NCBI GenBank assembly: GCA_963712735.1
Contig: CAVQIZ010000003.1
Coordinates: forward strand, 428,855-492,854
Origin: an uncultured Chloroflexia bacterium
Lineage (GTDB): Bacteria; Chloroflexota; Limnocylindria; Limnocylindrales; CSP1-4
DNA length: 64,000 bases
Direction of reading: 5' to 3'
The translations under genes were made by a program, and so were the position numbers. Below the pieces are notes generated by a model that saw nothing but the letters and a program-made list of their open reading frames with translations, ran no database searches and was not told the DNA's origin. Of the stretch, positions 51,882 through 62,481 are shown in pieces (the first letter of the stretch is position 1; every line of letters starts with the position of its first letter).

Positions 51882-54293
51882 TCAGAGCGTCACCACCGTC
51901 GCTCCGTCCCCGCCCTCGCCGCGGTCACCCGGTCGCCACTCTCGTACCAGGGGGTGGCCACTGAGGGTGGCGCGCACGGCATCGCGCATGGCGCCCGAGC
52001 CATGGCCGTGGATGATCGTCACCCGGCCCGTGCCGGCGTGCGTGGCGTCGTCGAGGTATTGGTCGAGCAGGGCCAGGGCCTCGTCGACACGGGCGCCGCG
52101 AAGGTCCAGGCTGGATGCCACCGCGCGGGCCCGCCGCTCGCGCGCCCCGACGGCACGTGACTGGGCCGCGCCCGTGGCGAAGCTCGAACGTGGCTCGTCG
52201 CCGAATTCGCCGCGCCGCCCGCTCTTGGGTGTGCCCGGCAAGCTCCCGACCGCCCCACCTGCGCTGCCGCTCCCGGACGCCGGCTCCAGCTCGTCGAGGG
52301 GCACTTCCACGCGCATGCCGCTGACGTCGAGCGTGGCTCGACCGCGATCGACGTCGAGTGCACGGATGGTGCCGTTCCAGCCGCTTGCGGCCAGCGCCCG
52401 GTCCCCCACCTTCCAGCGGGGTCGTCGTGCCGCCGGCTCCTCGGGGCCGTCATCGCTGGGCATCACGCCGAGACGGGCGTCGATGCGAGCCATGGCCTGG
52501 TCAAGGCGCTCCTCGGTCAGCGTCTCGCGCGCCAGCGAGCCGCGCATCTCGGCGATCTCCGCCTCGATGGCCGCCAGGGCCACGGCAGCCTGGCGTCGTG
52601 CTTCGGCAGTCGCCACGCGACGCTCGGCCCGTGCGCGCCGGCGCTCCTCCTCGGCCTCGCGCAGCGCCGCCTGCATGCGCTGCTCGGCATCGGCAGCGCG
52701 CGCCTCGGCCGCAGCGATGTCCACCTGCGTCTCGCGGATGGAAGCCAGCGTGGACTCGAACTCCTGCTGCGCCACCGACAGCCGCGAGCGAGCGTCCTCT
52801 ACGAGCGCGCTGGGCAGCCCCAGCCGCTCGGCGATGGCGAATGCCTGGCTCGTCCCCGGCAGGCCGATCGAGAGGTGATACGTGGGCGCCAGCGTGCCCA
52901 GGTCGAAGTCGACCGAGGCGTTGCGGGCGCGCTGCTCGTTGTGGGCGTACGTCTTGAGCTCGGCGTAATGCGTCGTGGCCACGACCAGCGCGCCGGCGCG
53001 GATGAAGTGGTCCAGCAGAGACTGCGCCAGCGCAGAGCCTTCGGTCGGGTCGGTACCAGCGCCGAGCTCGTCCAGCAGCACCAGCGTCCCCGGCCCGGCT
53101 TCCTCCACGATGCGCGTGATGGTGCGCAGGTGGCCGCTGAACGTCGAGAGCGACTGAGCCACCGACTGCTCATCGCCGATGTCGGCGAGGACGTCGCCGA
53201 AGATGGGCATGACGCTCCCTGGCGCCGCCGGGATGTGGAGGCCTGCCTGGTGCATCAGCGCCAGCAAGCCCACGGTGCGCAGGGCGACGGTCTTGCCGCC
53301 GGTGTTGGGACCGGTGATGACCAGCGCGCTGTAGCCATCCCCCAGGTGCACGTCGATGGGCACCACGGCGCCCTCCAGGCCCGGGTGTCGGGCAGACAGC
53401 AGCGAGACCACCTGCCTGTCGGTGAGCGTGGGCCGCACCGCGTCCAGCTCCTCCGCCAGCCGTGCCCGGCACATCCACAGGTCGAAGCGGGCGAGCGCAT
53501 CGAGGTTCGCCGACAGCGACTCGCCAGCTGCCGCGACGTGGGTAGAGAGCTCGTCGAGGACCCGCTCCTCCTCCGCCTTGGCGGCCAGCTCAGCCTCGCG
53601 CCAGGCGTTCGAGAGCTCGACCGCGATCAGCGGCTCCACGAACAGCGTCTGGCCGCTGCCCGACTGGTCGTGCACGATGCCCTTGACGCGACTGCGTGCG
53701 TCGGCCCGGACCGGAACGACGTAGCGGCCGTTGCGCAACGTGATGATGGGTTCCTGCAGCGCGCTCGCCACTTCGCCTCTGACCAGCGCATCGAGGCGAC
53801 TGCGCAGCCGCTCGTGCGCGATGCGCACGCTGCGTCGCAGCCCGCCGAGCGCCGGCGAGGCCGTGTCGAGGACCTCGCCGCTCGCGTCGATGCTGGCTTC
53901 GAGGCGAGTGCGCAGTGCCGGCAAGGGATCGATGCTGCGGTAGAGCGCGTGCAGCAGCGGCCGGTCCAGCTCACGCAGGCCGTCGACGAGGCGCCCCGCG
54001 GCGATGAGCGTCTCCACCACGGCCCACAGCTCAGCCGGGTCCAGCCGCCCGCCTCGGATCGCCCGGGCCACGACAGGCGCGATGTCGCGGGCTCCACCGA
54101 CGCCGACCCTGGGCTTTTCCGAGAGCAGCCAGCGTGCCTCGTCGGTCTCGTCCAGCCGCTGCCGGACGATGACGGCATCGGCGGAGGGCTCCAGTGCTTG
54201 CGCCAGCCGGCGTGACGGCTCGAACGCGGCGTAGGCGGCGAGGCGTGCCCGGATGAGGGGGAACTCGAGGAGCTCGGCGGAGCGACCGTCCAT
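51882..54293 (-). CDS. mutS2: Endonuclease MutS2 (MutS domain + C-terminal Smr)
   Basis: [18 protein letters not shown]..., GPNTGGKTV Walker A, DELGAGTDP, C-terminal LDLRGARVDEAL...VTIIHGHGSGAMR (Smr). Confidence 0.92.
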   Translation of the reverse strand: MDGRSAELLEFPLIRARLAAYAAFEPSRRLAQALEPSADAVIVRQRLDETDEARWLLSEKPRVGVGGARDIAPVVARAIRGGRLDPAELWAVVETLIAAGRLVDGLRELDRPLLHALYRSIDPLPALRTRLEASIDASGEVLDTASPALGGLRRSVRIAHERLRSRLDALVRGEVASALQEPIITLRNGRYVVPVRADARSRVKGIVHDQSGSGQTLFVEPLIAVELSNAWREAELAAKAEEERVLDELSTHVAAAGESLSANLDALARFDLWMCRARLAEELDAVRPTLTDRQVVSLLSARHPGLEGAVVPIDVHLGDGYSALVITGPNTGGKTVALRTVGLLALMHQAGLHIPAAPGSVMPIFGDVLADIGDEQSVAQSLSTFSGHLRTITRIVEEAGPGTLVLLDELGAGTDPTEGSALAQSLLDHFIRAGALVVATTHYAELKTYAHNEQRARNASVDFDLGTLAPTYHLSIGLPGTSQAFAIAERLGLPSALVEDARSRLSVAQQEFESTLASIRETQVDIAAAEARAADAEQRMQAALREAEEERRRARAERRVATAEARRQAAVALAAIEAEIAEMRGSLARETLTEERLDQAMARIDARLGVMPSDDGPEEPAARRPRWKVGDRALAASGWNGTIRALDVDRGRATLDVSGMRVEVPLDELEPASGSGSAGGAVGSLPGTPKSGRRGEFGDEPRSSFATGAAQSRAVGARERRARAVASSLDLRGARVDEALALLDQYLDDATHAGTGRVTIIHGHGSGAMRDAVRATLSGHPLVREWRPGDRGEGGDGATVVTL

Positions 54294-54868
54294 CAGGCTC
54301 GCGCGGGGAAGGGTCGGCTCAGTGAATGACTGGATGCCACCCCGAAGCGCCATGGCCGCGCGGCCCACTCGTGGCCGGCGTAGTCCACGCCGATGCGCGG
54401 CCCGACGGCGATGTCATCGTGCGGCATCCCGCCACTGCCATCGGTGGCGAGCCAGAGCTCGTCGCCGGCCAGCAGGTCGAGGCCATCGTGGCGCAGATCG
54501 ACGCCCAGTGCCTGGCAGGTGCGCGCGGGACCGGCCGCCAGTCGCGCCGTCCGATCCGTGGGCCGGCCGCGTGCCGCACGCATGGCCGCGATGCCTTCGA
54601 CTGGCTCGACCGCCCGGATGAGGACGGCCGCTGCCTCCCCTTCTGCGCTGCAGACGACGTTGAGGCAATGGTGCAGCCCGTAGACGAGGTAGACGTAGGC
54701 ACGTCCCGGAGGGCCGAACATGACCGCCGTACGCGGGGTTCGTCCGGCTCGCGCATGGCTGGCGCGGTCCTCAGGTCCCGCGTAGGCCTCGGTCTCGACG
54801 ATGCGCGCGACCCGGCGGACGCCGCCGTGGTCATGCACCAGGAAGACCCCCAGCAGCGCCCGCGCCAC
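54293..54868 (-). CDS. mpg: DNA-3-methyladenine glycosylase (Mpg/AAG family); N-terminus disrupted by a frame break near ~54870
   Basis: [11 protein letters not shown]...[17 protein letters not shown]...[22 protein letters not shown]...[10 protein letters not shown]. The expected upstream [12 protein letters not shown] lies in another frame (ORF 54831..55109). No clear start codon. Confidence 0.8.
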   Translation of the reverse strand: MARALLGVFLVHDHGGVRRVARIVETEAYAGPEDRASHARAGRTPRTAVMFGPPGRAYVYLVYGLHHCLNVVCSAEGEAAAVLIRAVEPVEGIAAMRAARGRPTDRTARLAAGPARTCQALGVDLRHDGLDLLAGDELWLATDGSGGMPHDDIAVGPRIGVDYAGHEWAARPWRFGVASSHSLSRPFPARA

Positions 54869-54976
54869 GACGCTCCGGCCGCCCGTCGAGGAGCTCTGCT
54901 GCCAGTCGATGCAGCCTGGGTCGGGTCGGTCGAGGGAGCGGACTGCTGGTCTCGATGGCGCGATCGGTCGCCAGGA

Positions 54977-55549
54977 TCAACCGAAGACCTCGCGCACGTC
55001 CTGGGGCAGGATCGGACCCAGGAGCGTTCCGATGATGGGCACCAGGTGCCGGTCGATGCTGCCGCCGATGGTGGAGCTCAGCAGCGACTGGTACAAGCTG
55101 GCGGTCCACAGCGGACCGCCACCCGGATCGACTACGCCGCCCTCGGCCGGGTAGAAGGTGGACAGGACGATCAGCAGGCCGGCGATCCCGAGGACGGCAG
55201 CGAAGACCGCGAAGAGCGCGCCAACGAGGTCATCGAGGACCTGGTAGCGCGAGACGCTCTGGCTGCCCCGGGTCCCGATGAAGATGACCACGGGGGCCGC
55301 CACGAGGAGCGCGATGTAGATGAGGCCGAAGGCAGCCATGTCGTTGAAGCCGGGCGGAAAGTTGCGCCACTGCTGCATCAGGTAGTCGCCAAGCTCGATC
55401 TTCAGGTAGGCGGCCACGAGGAAGGCGAGCAGCCAGGCTCCGAGCAGCAGCACGCTGCGCGCGGCGCCCCAGAAGAACCCGACCACGAGTGTCGAGACGA
55501 TGATGACCAACAGGTAGATGTCGGTCGTCGCGATGGTCATGACAGGCAC
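54977..55549 (-). CDS. cvpA: CvpA-family membrane protein
   Basis: 190 aa with four hydrophobic helices. N-terminal IYLLVIIVSTLVVGFFWGAARSVLLLGAWLLAFLVAAY is typical of CvpA. Synteny with mutS2 and pheST. Confidence 0.8.
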   Translation of the reverse strand: MPVMTIATTDIYLLVIIVSTLVVGFFWGAARSVLLLGAWLLAFLVAAYLKIELGDYLMQQWRNFPPGFNDMAAFGLIYIALLVAAPVVIFIGTRGSQSVSRYQVLDDLVGALFAVFAAVLGIAGLLIVLSTFYPAEGGVVDPGGGPLWTASLYQSLLSSTIGGSIDRHLVPIIGTLLGPILPQDVREVFG

Positions 55550-55567
55550 CTCATGGGCGCAACGCTA

Positions 55568-58049
55568 TCAGGCGCGCAGGCGCGCGCCAAGTCGTTCGGA
55601 CAGACACCGCAACCACCCGCTCTACCATCGACTCGACCGTTTGGTCATCCAGGGGGTCGTCGAGCGTCTCATAGCGCAGTCGATAGGCAAGGCTCTTCTC
55701 GCCATCGGCCAGGGGCGCGCCGCGGTATCGATCGAAGAGCGTCACGGCGCGCAGGTGCGATCCGCCGTGCTCCCTGGATGAGTGCCTCCATCTCACCTGC
55801 CGGACGGTCGGCGGGCGACGACGACGGCGATGTCCCGCTCGACGCTGGGCAGGTGCTCCAGGGGGCCGACACGCAGCCGCTGTGCGACCGCCCGCTGGTA
55901 GGCCTCGAGGTCGATCTCGGCGAAGACGACGTGGTCGGCGCGGACGGCGTACTGCTCGAGCAGTCGCGGATGCAGCTCGCCCACGCGCCCGATGGGCGTG
56001 CCCGCTGCCGTCGGCATCGACGGCGATCACGGCGGCGGTGCGTCCGGGATGCTCGACGCCATCGCGGACCGCCGTTGCCTCGTAGCGCAGGCGCGCGTGC
56101 AGCTGACGCGCCACGACCTGCTCGAGCAGGCCCTTGGCCGTGGCGACGTCGGCCGGAGTTGCACGGCGGTCGAACCCCAGCGGCGCGTCGTTCCCGGCGA
56201 GCAGGATGCCCAGCGCGAGCCGCTCGCTCGGCTCGTCGTCGCGCCACGCGTGGAGCACGCCGATCTCGAAGGCGTGGAGGTCGGCCCGTCGCTGGCGCTC
56301 GTTCTCCAGCAGCACGCGCAGGTGCTCCGGCACCATCGAGCGGCGCAGCTCGGAATGGTCGACCGTCACCGGGTTGGCGGCGCGGATGGTGGTCGGATCG
56401 TCGCTGCCGTACCCCAGGCGCGCGTGGTCATCAGGACCGATGAGCCCGTGCGTGATCATCTCGTTGAGCCCGGCGCCGGCAAGCAACGCCCGCAGCTCAT
56501 CGAGCACGCGCCGCGGGTCCGGTCGATAGGGCGGCATCGTCGTGTCGGGCAGCCGACCGGCCAGCGTCTCGTAGCCGCGAACGCGGGCGATCTCCTCGAT
56601 GATGTCGGCCTCGATGGCCAGGTCGCGTCGGTGCCCCGGCACGATGGCCACCAGCGCCTCGTCCGTGCTCGTGATGGCGACCTCGAGTGGCTGCGGGTCA
56701 CCGATCACGCTGATGCGGTCGCCGGCCTGTGCCGGCTCGGTGCGGATCTCGACGCGTTCCAGCAGGGCGCGCTGCTCGTCGACGGGGAGGCTCTCGCCGA
56801 GGAGGCGATCGACTCGCGCCGGCCGGAAGGCGATGCGTCCGGCGCTGGGACCAGCGGGGGCGGTGTCGACGACGCCGTGGGCGACGCGGCCGCCGCCCCA
56901 CGCGGCGATGAGCGCCGCGGTGCGATCCGCGCCCAGGCGAGCCATGCGGTGCTCCTGGCCCTTCTCGAAGCGCAGGCTGGCTTCGCTGCGCAGCGAGTAG
57001 CGGAAGGCCGTGCGGCGGACGCTGACCGGGTCGAAGATGGCCGACTCGATGATGACGTTGCTGGTCTCGTCACCGACCTCGCTGGCGGCACCGCCCATGA
57101 CGCCGGCGATGGCGAGTGGGCCGCTCGGGTCGGCGATGAGCAGGGTCTCGGGCGTCAGCTCCCGCTCGACGTGGTCGAGCGTCTCCAGTCGCTCGCCTGT
57201 CCCGGCGCGTCGCACGATGATGTGGCCATCGCTGACGGCATCCGCATCGAACGTGTGGATGGGCTTGCCCAGCTCCATGAGCACGTAGTTGGAGGCGTCG
57301 ACGACGTTGGAGATGGGGCGCACGCCGGCGGCGATGAGCCGCGTCTGGATGCGCCAGGGCGAGGGTGCGACCGTGACGCCTTCGACGTAGCGACCCACGA
57401 AGACGGGGCAGAGGTCGGGAGCGCTGACGTCGACGCGCAGGTGCTCGCTGATGTCGCCGCCACTCTCGCTGACCGACAGGTCCGGCCAGCGCAGCGCCCC
57501 GCCGGTGGTGGCAGCCACCTCACGGGCCAGCCCCAGGATGCTGAGTGCGTCGCCGCGGTTGGGTTTGACGTCGATGTCCAGCACGACGTCGCCGGCGAGG
57601 TCGGCCATGTCTTGCCCGAGCTCCGAGTCCGCGGGCAGGATGAGGATGCCGTCGGCGTCGCTGGTCAGGCCCAGCTCGTCGCCCGAGCACAGCATGCCCT
57701 GGCTCTCGGTCCCGGCGATGGTGGTGATGTCGATGTGCCGCCCGCCCGGCAGCACCGAGCCCGGCAGTGCCACGGGGACACGCTGGCCGACCGCGATGTT
57801 GGTCGCGCCGCAGACGATGGACAGCTCGGCTTCGCCCGCGGCGGTCCGAACCCGTGTCAGCGAGAGCTTGCCCGAGTTGGGATGCGGTGCGACCTCCAGC
57901 AGCTCGCCCACGACCACGCGCTGCCAATCGGCGCCGATGTACTCGATGGCGCTGACCTCCATGCCCAGCAGCGTCAGCCGCTCGGCCAGCGCCTCGGGCG
58001 AGAGCTCGAGCTCGACGAACTCACGCAGCCACGACAGGGGGACGCGCAT
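55568..58049 (-). CDS. pheT: Phenylalanine--tRNA ligase beta subunit; at least 4 frame breaks in the last ~450 nt as assembled
   Basis: MRVPLSWLREFVEL... intact for ~680 aa. After that, the remaining pieces are each read in a different frame: TPIGRVGELHPRLLEQYAV...DIAVVV (ORF 55793..56017); ADRPAGEMEALIQGA; GSHLRAVTLFDRYRGAPL...; and LSERLGARLRA* ending at the TGA at 55568-55570. Confidence 0.88.
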
Positions 58050-59110
58050 CTACAGCCGCTCCAGGAAGCGCAGGTCGTTGGCCAGGAAGGCGCGGATGTC
58101 GGTGATGGCGTAGCGCAGCATGGCGATGCGGTCCGTGCCCATGCCGAAGGCGAAGCCCTGGTAGCGCTCGGGGTCGATGCCGCCGTTGCGCAGGACGACC
58201 GGGTGCACCATGCCGGCCCCCAGGATGGTCATCCAGCCGCTGCGCTTGCAGGCCGGGCAGCCCGCCCCCTCGCAGACGACGCAGCCGATGTCGAAGGCCA
58301 CCGAGGGTTCGGTGAAGGGGTAGTACCCGGGCCGGAAGCGGGTCGCTCGCTCGGCACCGAACATGGCATGGGCGAAGGCGTCGAGCAGGCCGCGCAGGTG
58401 GGCCATGCTGGTGCCCTCGTCGACCATCAGCCCCTCGATCTGGAAGAACTCGAAGCCGTGGCTGGCGTCGACCGCCTCGTAGCGATAGCAGCGGCCGGGG
58501 GTCAGCACGCGGATGGGCGGCCGGCTGTCGCGCATGACGCGGATCTGCCCGGGCGAGGTGTGGGTGCGCAGCAGCAGGCGGTCATCCCGCCCGGCGCCCT
58601 CCGGCTGCTGCACGTAGATGGTGTCCCACAGGTCGCGTGCGGGGTGGTCGGCCGGGATGTTGAGCGCGCCGAAGTTGAGCTCGTCGCTCTCCACCTCCGG
58701 GCTCTCGACGACGACGAAGCCGAACTGGGAGAAGATGCTCGCGATCTCCGCCTCCGTCTCGCGGAGGGGTGCAGCGAGCCGCGCCAGCGCGATCGGCCGG
58801 GCAGCGTGACGTCCTCCGCCTCGGCAGCGAGGCGCGCGTCGAGGGCGTCCGACTCGAGGCCCACGCGTCGCTCGGCGAGCGCAGCCTCGATGGCCTCGCG
58901 CACAGGGTTGGCCATGCCGCCCGACCTTGGGCCGGTCCTCCGCCGGGAGCGAGCCGATGCCGCCGAGCAGACCACGCAGCTCGCCCTTGCGGCCGAGCAT
59001 GGCCGCTCTCGATGGCATCGAGCGCGGCCGGCGAATCGGCAGCGGCGATGGCAGCGACTGGCCCGGGTCTGCAGCTCCTCGAGCTGCGTGCTGAACGAAG
59101 CGACGTCCAC
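58050..59110 (-). CDS. pheS: Phenylalanine--tRNA ligase alpha subunit; about 4 frame breaks in the N-terminal third as assembled
   Basis: The C-terminal two-thirds is intact ([15 protein letters not shown]...[12 protein letters not shown]...GYYPFTEPS...[10 protein letters not shown]). The N-terminus alternates between two frames: [14 protein letters not shown] / [27 protein letters not shown] / [12 protein letters not shown]...EDVTLPG..GSLHP / [12 protein letters not shown]. One break is at the G4 run 58766-58769. Confidence 0.85.
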
Positions 59111-59130
59111 GACGGGCTGGCTGCTCGTCG

Positions 59131-59481
59131 CTAGGCGGACTTGGCGACCTCGGCGATGCGGGCGAACGTAGCCGCATCGCGGACACCGATGTCGGCCAGG
59201 CTCTTGCGGTCGAGCTCGACGCCCGCCGTCTTGAGGCCATGCATGAGCGTGCCGTAGGTCATGCCGTTCTGGCGCGCCGCCGCGTTGATGCGGGCGATCC
59301 AGAGCGCGCGCATCTGGCGCTTGCGCTCCTTGCGGCCGCGGAAGGCGTAGGCCATCGCGTGCAGCTGGGCTTCTCGCGCCGAGCGGATCAGCCGGCGATG
59401 CGTGCCGCGCTTGCCTTCAGCGGACTTGAGCAGGCGCTTGTGGCGCTTGTGGGCGGCGACGCCCCGCTTGACTCGTGCCAT
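59131..59481 (-). CDS. rplT: 50S ribosomal protein L20
   Basis: [19 protein letters not shown]...[27 protein letters not shown]... Confidence 0.95.
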   Translation of the reverse strand: MARVKRGVAAHKRHKRLLKSAEGKRGTHRRLIRSAREAQLHAMAYAFRGRKERKRQMRALWIARINAAARQNGMTYGTLMHGLKTAGVELDRKSLADIGVRDAATFARIAEVAKSA

Positions 59482-59496
59482 CTGGTGGTGGTGCTC

Positions 59497-59694
59497 CTAC
59501 AGGTACGGCAGCATCCGCTTGACGGCGTTCTTGCTGGAGCCGTCAAGGATGGTCTTGCCCTCGTAGCGGCGCTTGCGCCGCGACGACTTGATCTCGAGGT
59601 GGTGACCGCGCCAGGACTTGACGCGGTAGATCTTGCCACTGCCGGTGGCGCCGAAGCGCTTCTGGGCTCCCTTGTGGCTCTTCATCTTGGGCAC
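59497..59694 (-). CDS. rpmI: 50S ribosomal protein L35
   Basis: MPKMKSHKGAQKRFGATGSGKIYRVKSWRGHHLE... Confidence 0.95.
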   Translation of the reverse strand: MPKMKSHKGAQKRFGATGSGKIYRVKSWRGHHLEIKSSRRKRRYEGKTILDGSSKNAVKRMLPYL

Positions 59695-59699
59695 TGGCG

Positions 59700-60344
59700 T
59701 CAGCCTCCTGTGCTGGTCGCCGGCGAGGCTTCGGCCTCGGGCTCGGCGGCCGACGGTGCCGGTTCGGCCGGCGCCGCCTGCTTGCTCTTCTGGTTCTTCG
59801 CTTCGCTCTCGCCCTTGGCGGAGGGCGGGCTCGGCTTGTGCGTGGCGGTCAGGACCATGGACATGGACCGTCCTTCCAGCACGGGTGCCCGGTCGACGGC
59901 TCCGTAGTCGGCGACCTGCTCGGCGAACCGTGTCAGCAGATCGCGCCCGATGTAGGCGTGACTGACCTCCCGGCCCCGGAACTGGACGGCGACCTTGACG
60001 CGGTCACCCTCCTCGAGGAAGCGGATGGCGCGCTTGACCTTGGTGTCGAAGTCACCCTTGCCGATCTTGACCCTGAGGCGAACCTCCTTGAACTCGACCG
60101 AGCGTTGGTGCTTGCGGGCTTCCTTCTCCTTGCGGGCCTGCTCGTACTTGAACTGACCGTAGTCAAGGATCTTGGTGACGGGCGGACTGGACATGGGTGC
60201 GACCTCGACGAGGTCGAAACCGCGTTCCTGTGCCAGTTGCAGGGCCTGTGAGGTGGGCATCACGCCCAACTGTTCCCCTTCTTCGTCGATGACCCGCACC
60301 TGCGGGATCCGGATCATCTCGTTGATTCGCAGGTCCTTGCTCAG
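59700..60344 (-). CDS. infC: Translation initiation factor IF-3, probably starting at a non-AUG codon (CTG 60344), with a Pro/Ala/Glu-rich C-terminal tail
   Basis: ...SKDLRINEMIRIPQVRVIDEEGEQLGVM...LVEVAP...KILDYGQFKYEQ...FRGRE. The frame is open back to a TGA, with GAGGGA 6 nt before the CTG. The ORF track starts at the internal ATG 60317. Confidence 0.88.
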   Translation of the reverse strand: MSKDLRINEMIRIPQVRVIDEEGEQLGVMPTSQALQLAQERGFDLVEVAPMSSPPVTKILDYGQFKYEQARKEKEARKHQRSVEFKEVRLRVKIGKGDFDTKVKRAIRFLEEGDRVKVAVQFRGREVSHAYIGRDLLTRFAEQVADYGAVDRAPVLEGRSMSMVLTATHKPSPPSAKGESEAKNQKSKQAAPAEPAPSAAEPEAEASPATSTGG

Positions 60345-60497
60345 GCTATTCCCTCACCATTGCAGCTGTTCATTCGACTCGTCCCGAACAGGCGCGACAC
60401 AAGGCCACGACCGGTACGGGTCGCCGGCGGACTATAGCACAGGGACCCCGGCGTCCGGGACCACGGGTGCGCTGCGTCGTGGCCGGCCGCGCCGCGC

Positions 60498-62357
60498 TCA
60501 CGGGCGGCGCGCGGCAGCCTGCTCGGCGAGGCGCTCGGCCAGCTCCTCCCAGCCGACGGGATCGAGCTGCTCTCCTTCGCGCGTGCGCGGCGAGGCCGTG
60601 CGGGCCTCGACCTCGCGGTCGCCCAGCACGAGCATGTAGGGGATCTTCTGCTCCTGCGCCAGGCGGATCTTGTTCTGCATGCGGTTGGAGCTGTCGTCGA
60701 CCTCGACGAAGAGGCCGCGCGAGCGCAGCAGCGTGGCCAGCTCCGCGGATGCCTCGATGTGGCGGTCGGCGATGGGGATGACCACCGCCTGCACCGGTGC
60801 ACACCAGAACGGGAAGGCGCCCGCGAAGTGCTCGGTGATGATGCCGATGAAGCGCTCGAAGGAGCCGTAGATGGCGCGGTGGATGGCGATGGGACGCTGC
60901 GGCTGACCGGCCGCATCGATGTAGGTCAGATCGAATCGCTCGGGCAGCATCATCATGTCGGCCTGGATGGTGGCCATCTGCCACTCGCGGCCCAGGGCGT
61001 CGTCGACGTAGATGTCGATCTTGGGCGCGTAGAAGGTGCCGTCCTTGGGCTTGACGGTGTAGGCCACGCCGGCACGCTCGAGCGCGTCGGTGATGAGCCC
61101 CTCCGCGTGCTCCCATTGGGCCTCCGTGCCGAGGGCCTTGTCCGGACGAGTGGCGAAGGTGAAGCGGGGCAGCAGGCCGAACCAGGAGAAGGCCTCGCCG
61201 ACCTCGCCCAGCAGCGCCTCGACCTCGTCGGCCAGCTGGTCGGGGCGCACGTAGCAGTGGGCATCGTCCTGGATGAACTGGCGCACGCGCGTCAGGCCCG
61301 AGAGCGTGCCCGAGCGCTCGTTGCGGTGCAGCCGGCCGTACTCGGACAGGCGCAGCGGGAAGTCGCGGTAGGAGCGCACCTTGCTCTTGTAGATGATCGT
61401 CGACTCGGGGCAGTTCATGGGCTTGAGCGAGAAGATCTGCTCCTCCGACTCGAGCTTGAACATGTTGTCGTCGTAGTGGTCCCAGTGGCCCGACTGCTCC
61501 CACAGCTTCTTGTGCACCAGGATGGGCGTGCTCACCTCCTGGTAGCCGCGGCGGTCCTGCAGCTCGCGCATGGCGGTCTCCAGCGTGCGCCAGAGGCGCT
61601 GGCCCTTGGGGTGCCAGAAGGCCGAGCCGGGGCTGACGTCATGGAAGCTGAACAGCTCGAGGGCCACGCCGAGCCGACGATGGTCGCGCTTGCGGGCCTC
61701 CTCGAGTCGCCAGAGGTACAGGTCCAGCTCGTCCCGGCTGGCCCAGACCGTGCCGTAGATGCGCTGCAGCATGGGTCGCTTCTCGTCACCGCGCCAGTAG
61801 GCGCCGGATGTCTTGAGCAGCTTGAACGGTCCGAGCTTGCCGGTGGACTCGACGTGCGGGCCGCGGCACAGGTCGGTGAAGGGGCCGTGGGAGTAGGTGC
61901 TCACGGTGGGCACCGGCTGGCCCTGTCGCTCCGCCTCGCGTCGGAGGTCGTCGAGGATCTCGACCTTGTACGACTGGCCCGCGGCCGCCAGCATGGCGCG
62001 TCCCTCGTCAGGGTCCCACTCGCGCCGTTCGAAGCGATGGTCGGCGCGGACCGACTTCTTCATGCGCTTCTCGATGGCGCGCAGGTCTTCGGGGTTCAGC
62101 GGCCGCGGCAGCTCGAAGTCGTAGTAGAAGCCATCCTTGATGGCAGGCCCGATGCCGAGCTTGGCATCGGGGAACAGCTCCATCACGGCCTCGGCCATGA
62201 CATGGGCCGCCGAGTGGCGCATGGGGTCCAGGGGATCGTGCGCGTTGGCGTCGAGGAGCTCCTCTGCCGAGCCCTTGCGCGGTGCCTCGAACTCCAGCTC
62301 GTCCTCGTCGTGGGCGTCGCCGACGCGACCGTCGACGCCGCGCTCTGCTGCGCACAT
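60498..62357 (-). CDS. thrS: Threonine--tRNA ligase lacking an N-terminal TGS domain
   Basis: RHSAAHVMAEAV (editing-domain HxxxH) already at residues ~47-58. Class II core ...FHDVSPGSAFWHPKG...HRNERSG...FTQDDAH-like, and an anticodon-binding domain. AGGAGC RBS. Confidence 0.92.
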   Translation of the reverse strand: MCAAERGVDGRVGDAHDEDELEFEAPRKGSAEELLDANAHDPLDPMRHSAAHVMAEAVMELFPDAKLGIGPAIKDGFYYDFELPRPLNPEDLRAIEKRMKKSVRADHRFERREWDPDEGRAMLAAAGQSYKVEILDDLRREAERQGQPVPTVSTYSHGPFTDLCRGPHVESTGKLGPFKLLKTSGAYWRGDEKRPMLQRIYGTVWASRDELDLYLWRLEEARKRDHRRLGVALELFSFHDVSPGSAFWHPKGQRLWRTLETAMRELQDRRGYQEVSTPILVHKKLWEQSGHWDHYDDNMFKLESEEQIFSLKPMNCPESTIIYKSKVRSYRDFPLRLSEYGRLHRNERSGTLSGLTRVRQFIQDDAHCYVRPDQLADEVEALLGEVGEAFSWFGLLPRFTFATRPDKALGTEAQWEHAEGLITDALERAGVAYTVKPKDGTFYAPKIDIYVDDALGREWQMATIQADMMMLPERFDLTYIDAAGQPQRPIAIHRAIYGSFERFIGIITEHFAGAFPFWCAPVQAVVIPIADRHIEASAELATLLRSRGLFVEVDDSSNRMQNKIRLAQEQKIPYMLVLGDREVEARTASPRTREGEQLDPVGWEELAERLAEQAAARRP

Positions 62358-62481
62358 GTCATCTGCTCCTGATCGACGTGAACGCCTCTCGTGCCGCGCG
62401 AGGGCCGAGAGGCGCTACCTTGGGGATGGCCGCGAACCGCCGTCCGCGTGGCCTGCGTCGATCGTACCTCAGGCCGGCTCG

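Noticed and set aside
62358-62481. T-box or other long leader upstream of thrS. The same was considered for tyrS and pheS.
   Set aside because: Only ~125 nt are available upstream of thrS, there is no conserved T-box sequence (AANNNGGGTGGTACCGCG), and there is no specifier-loop architecture. tyrS and pheS have less than 45 nt of upstream spacer.
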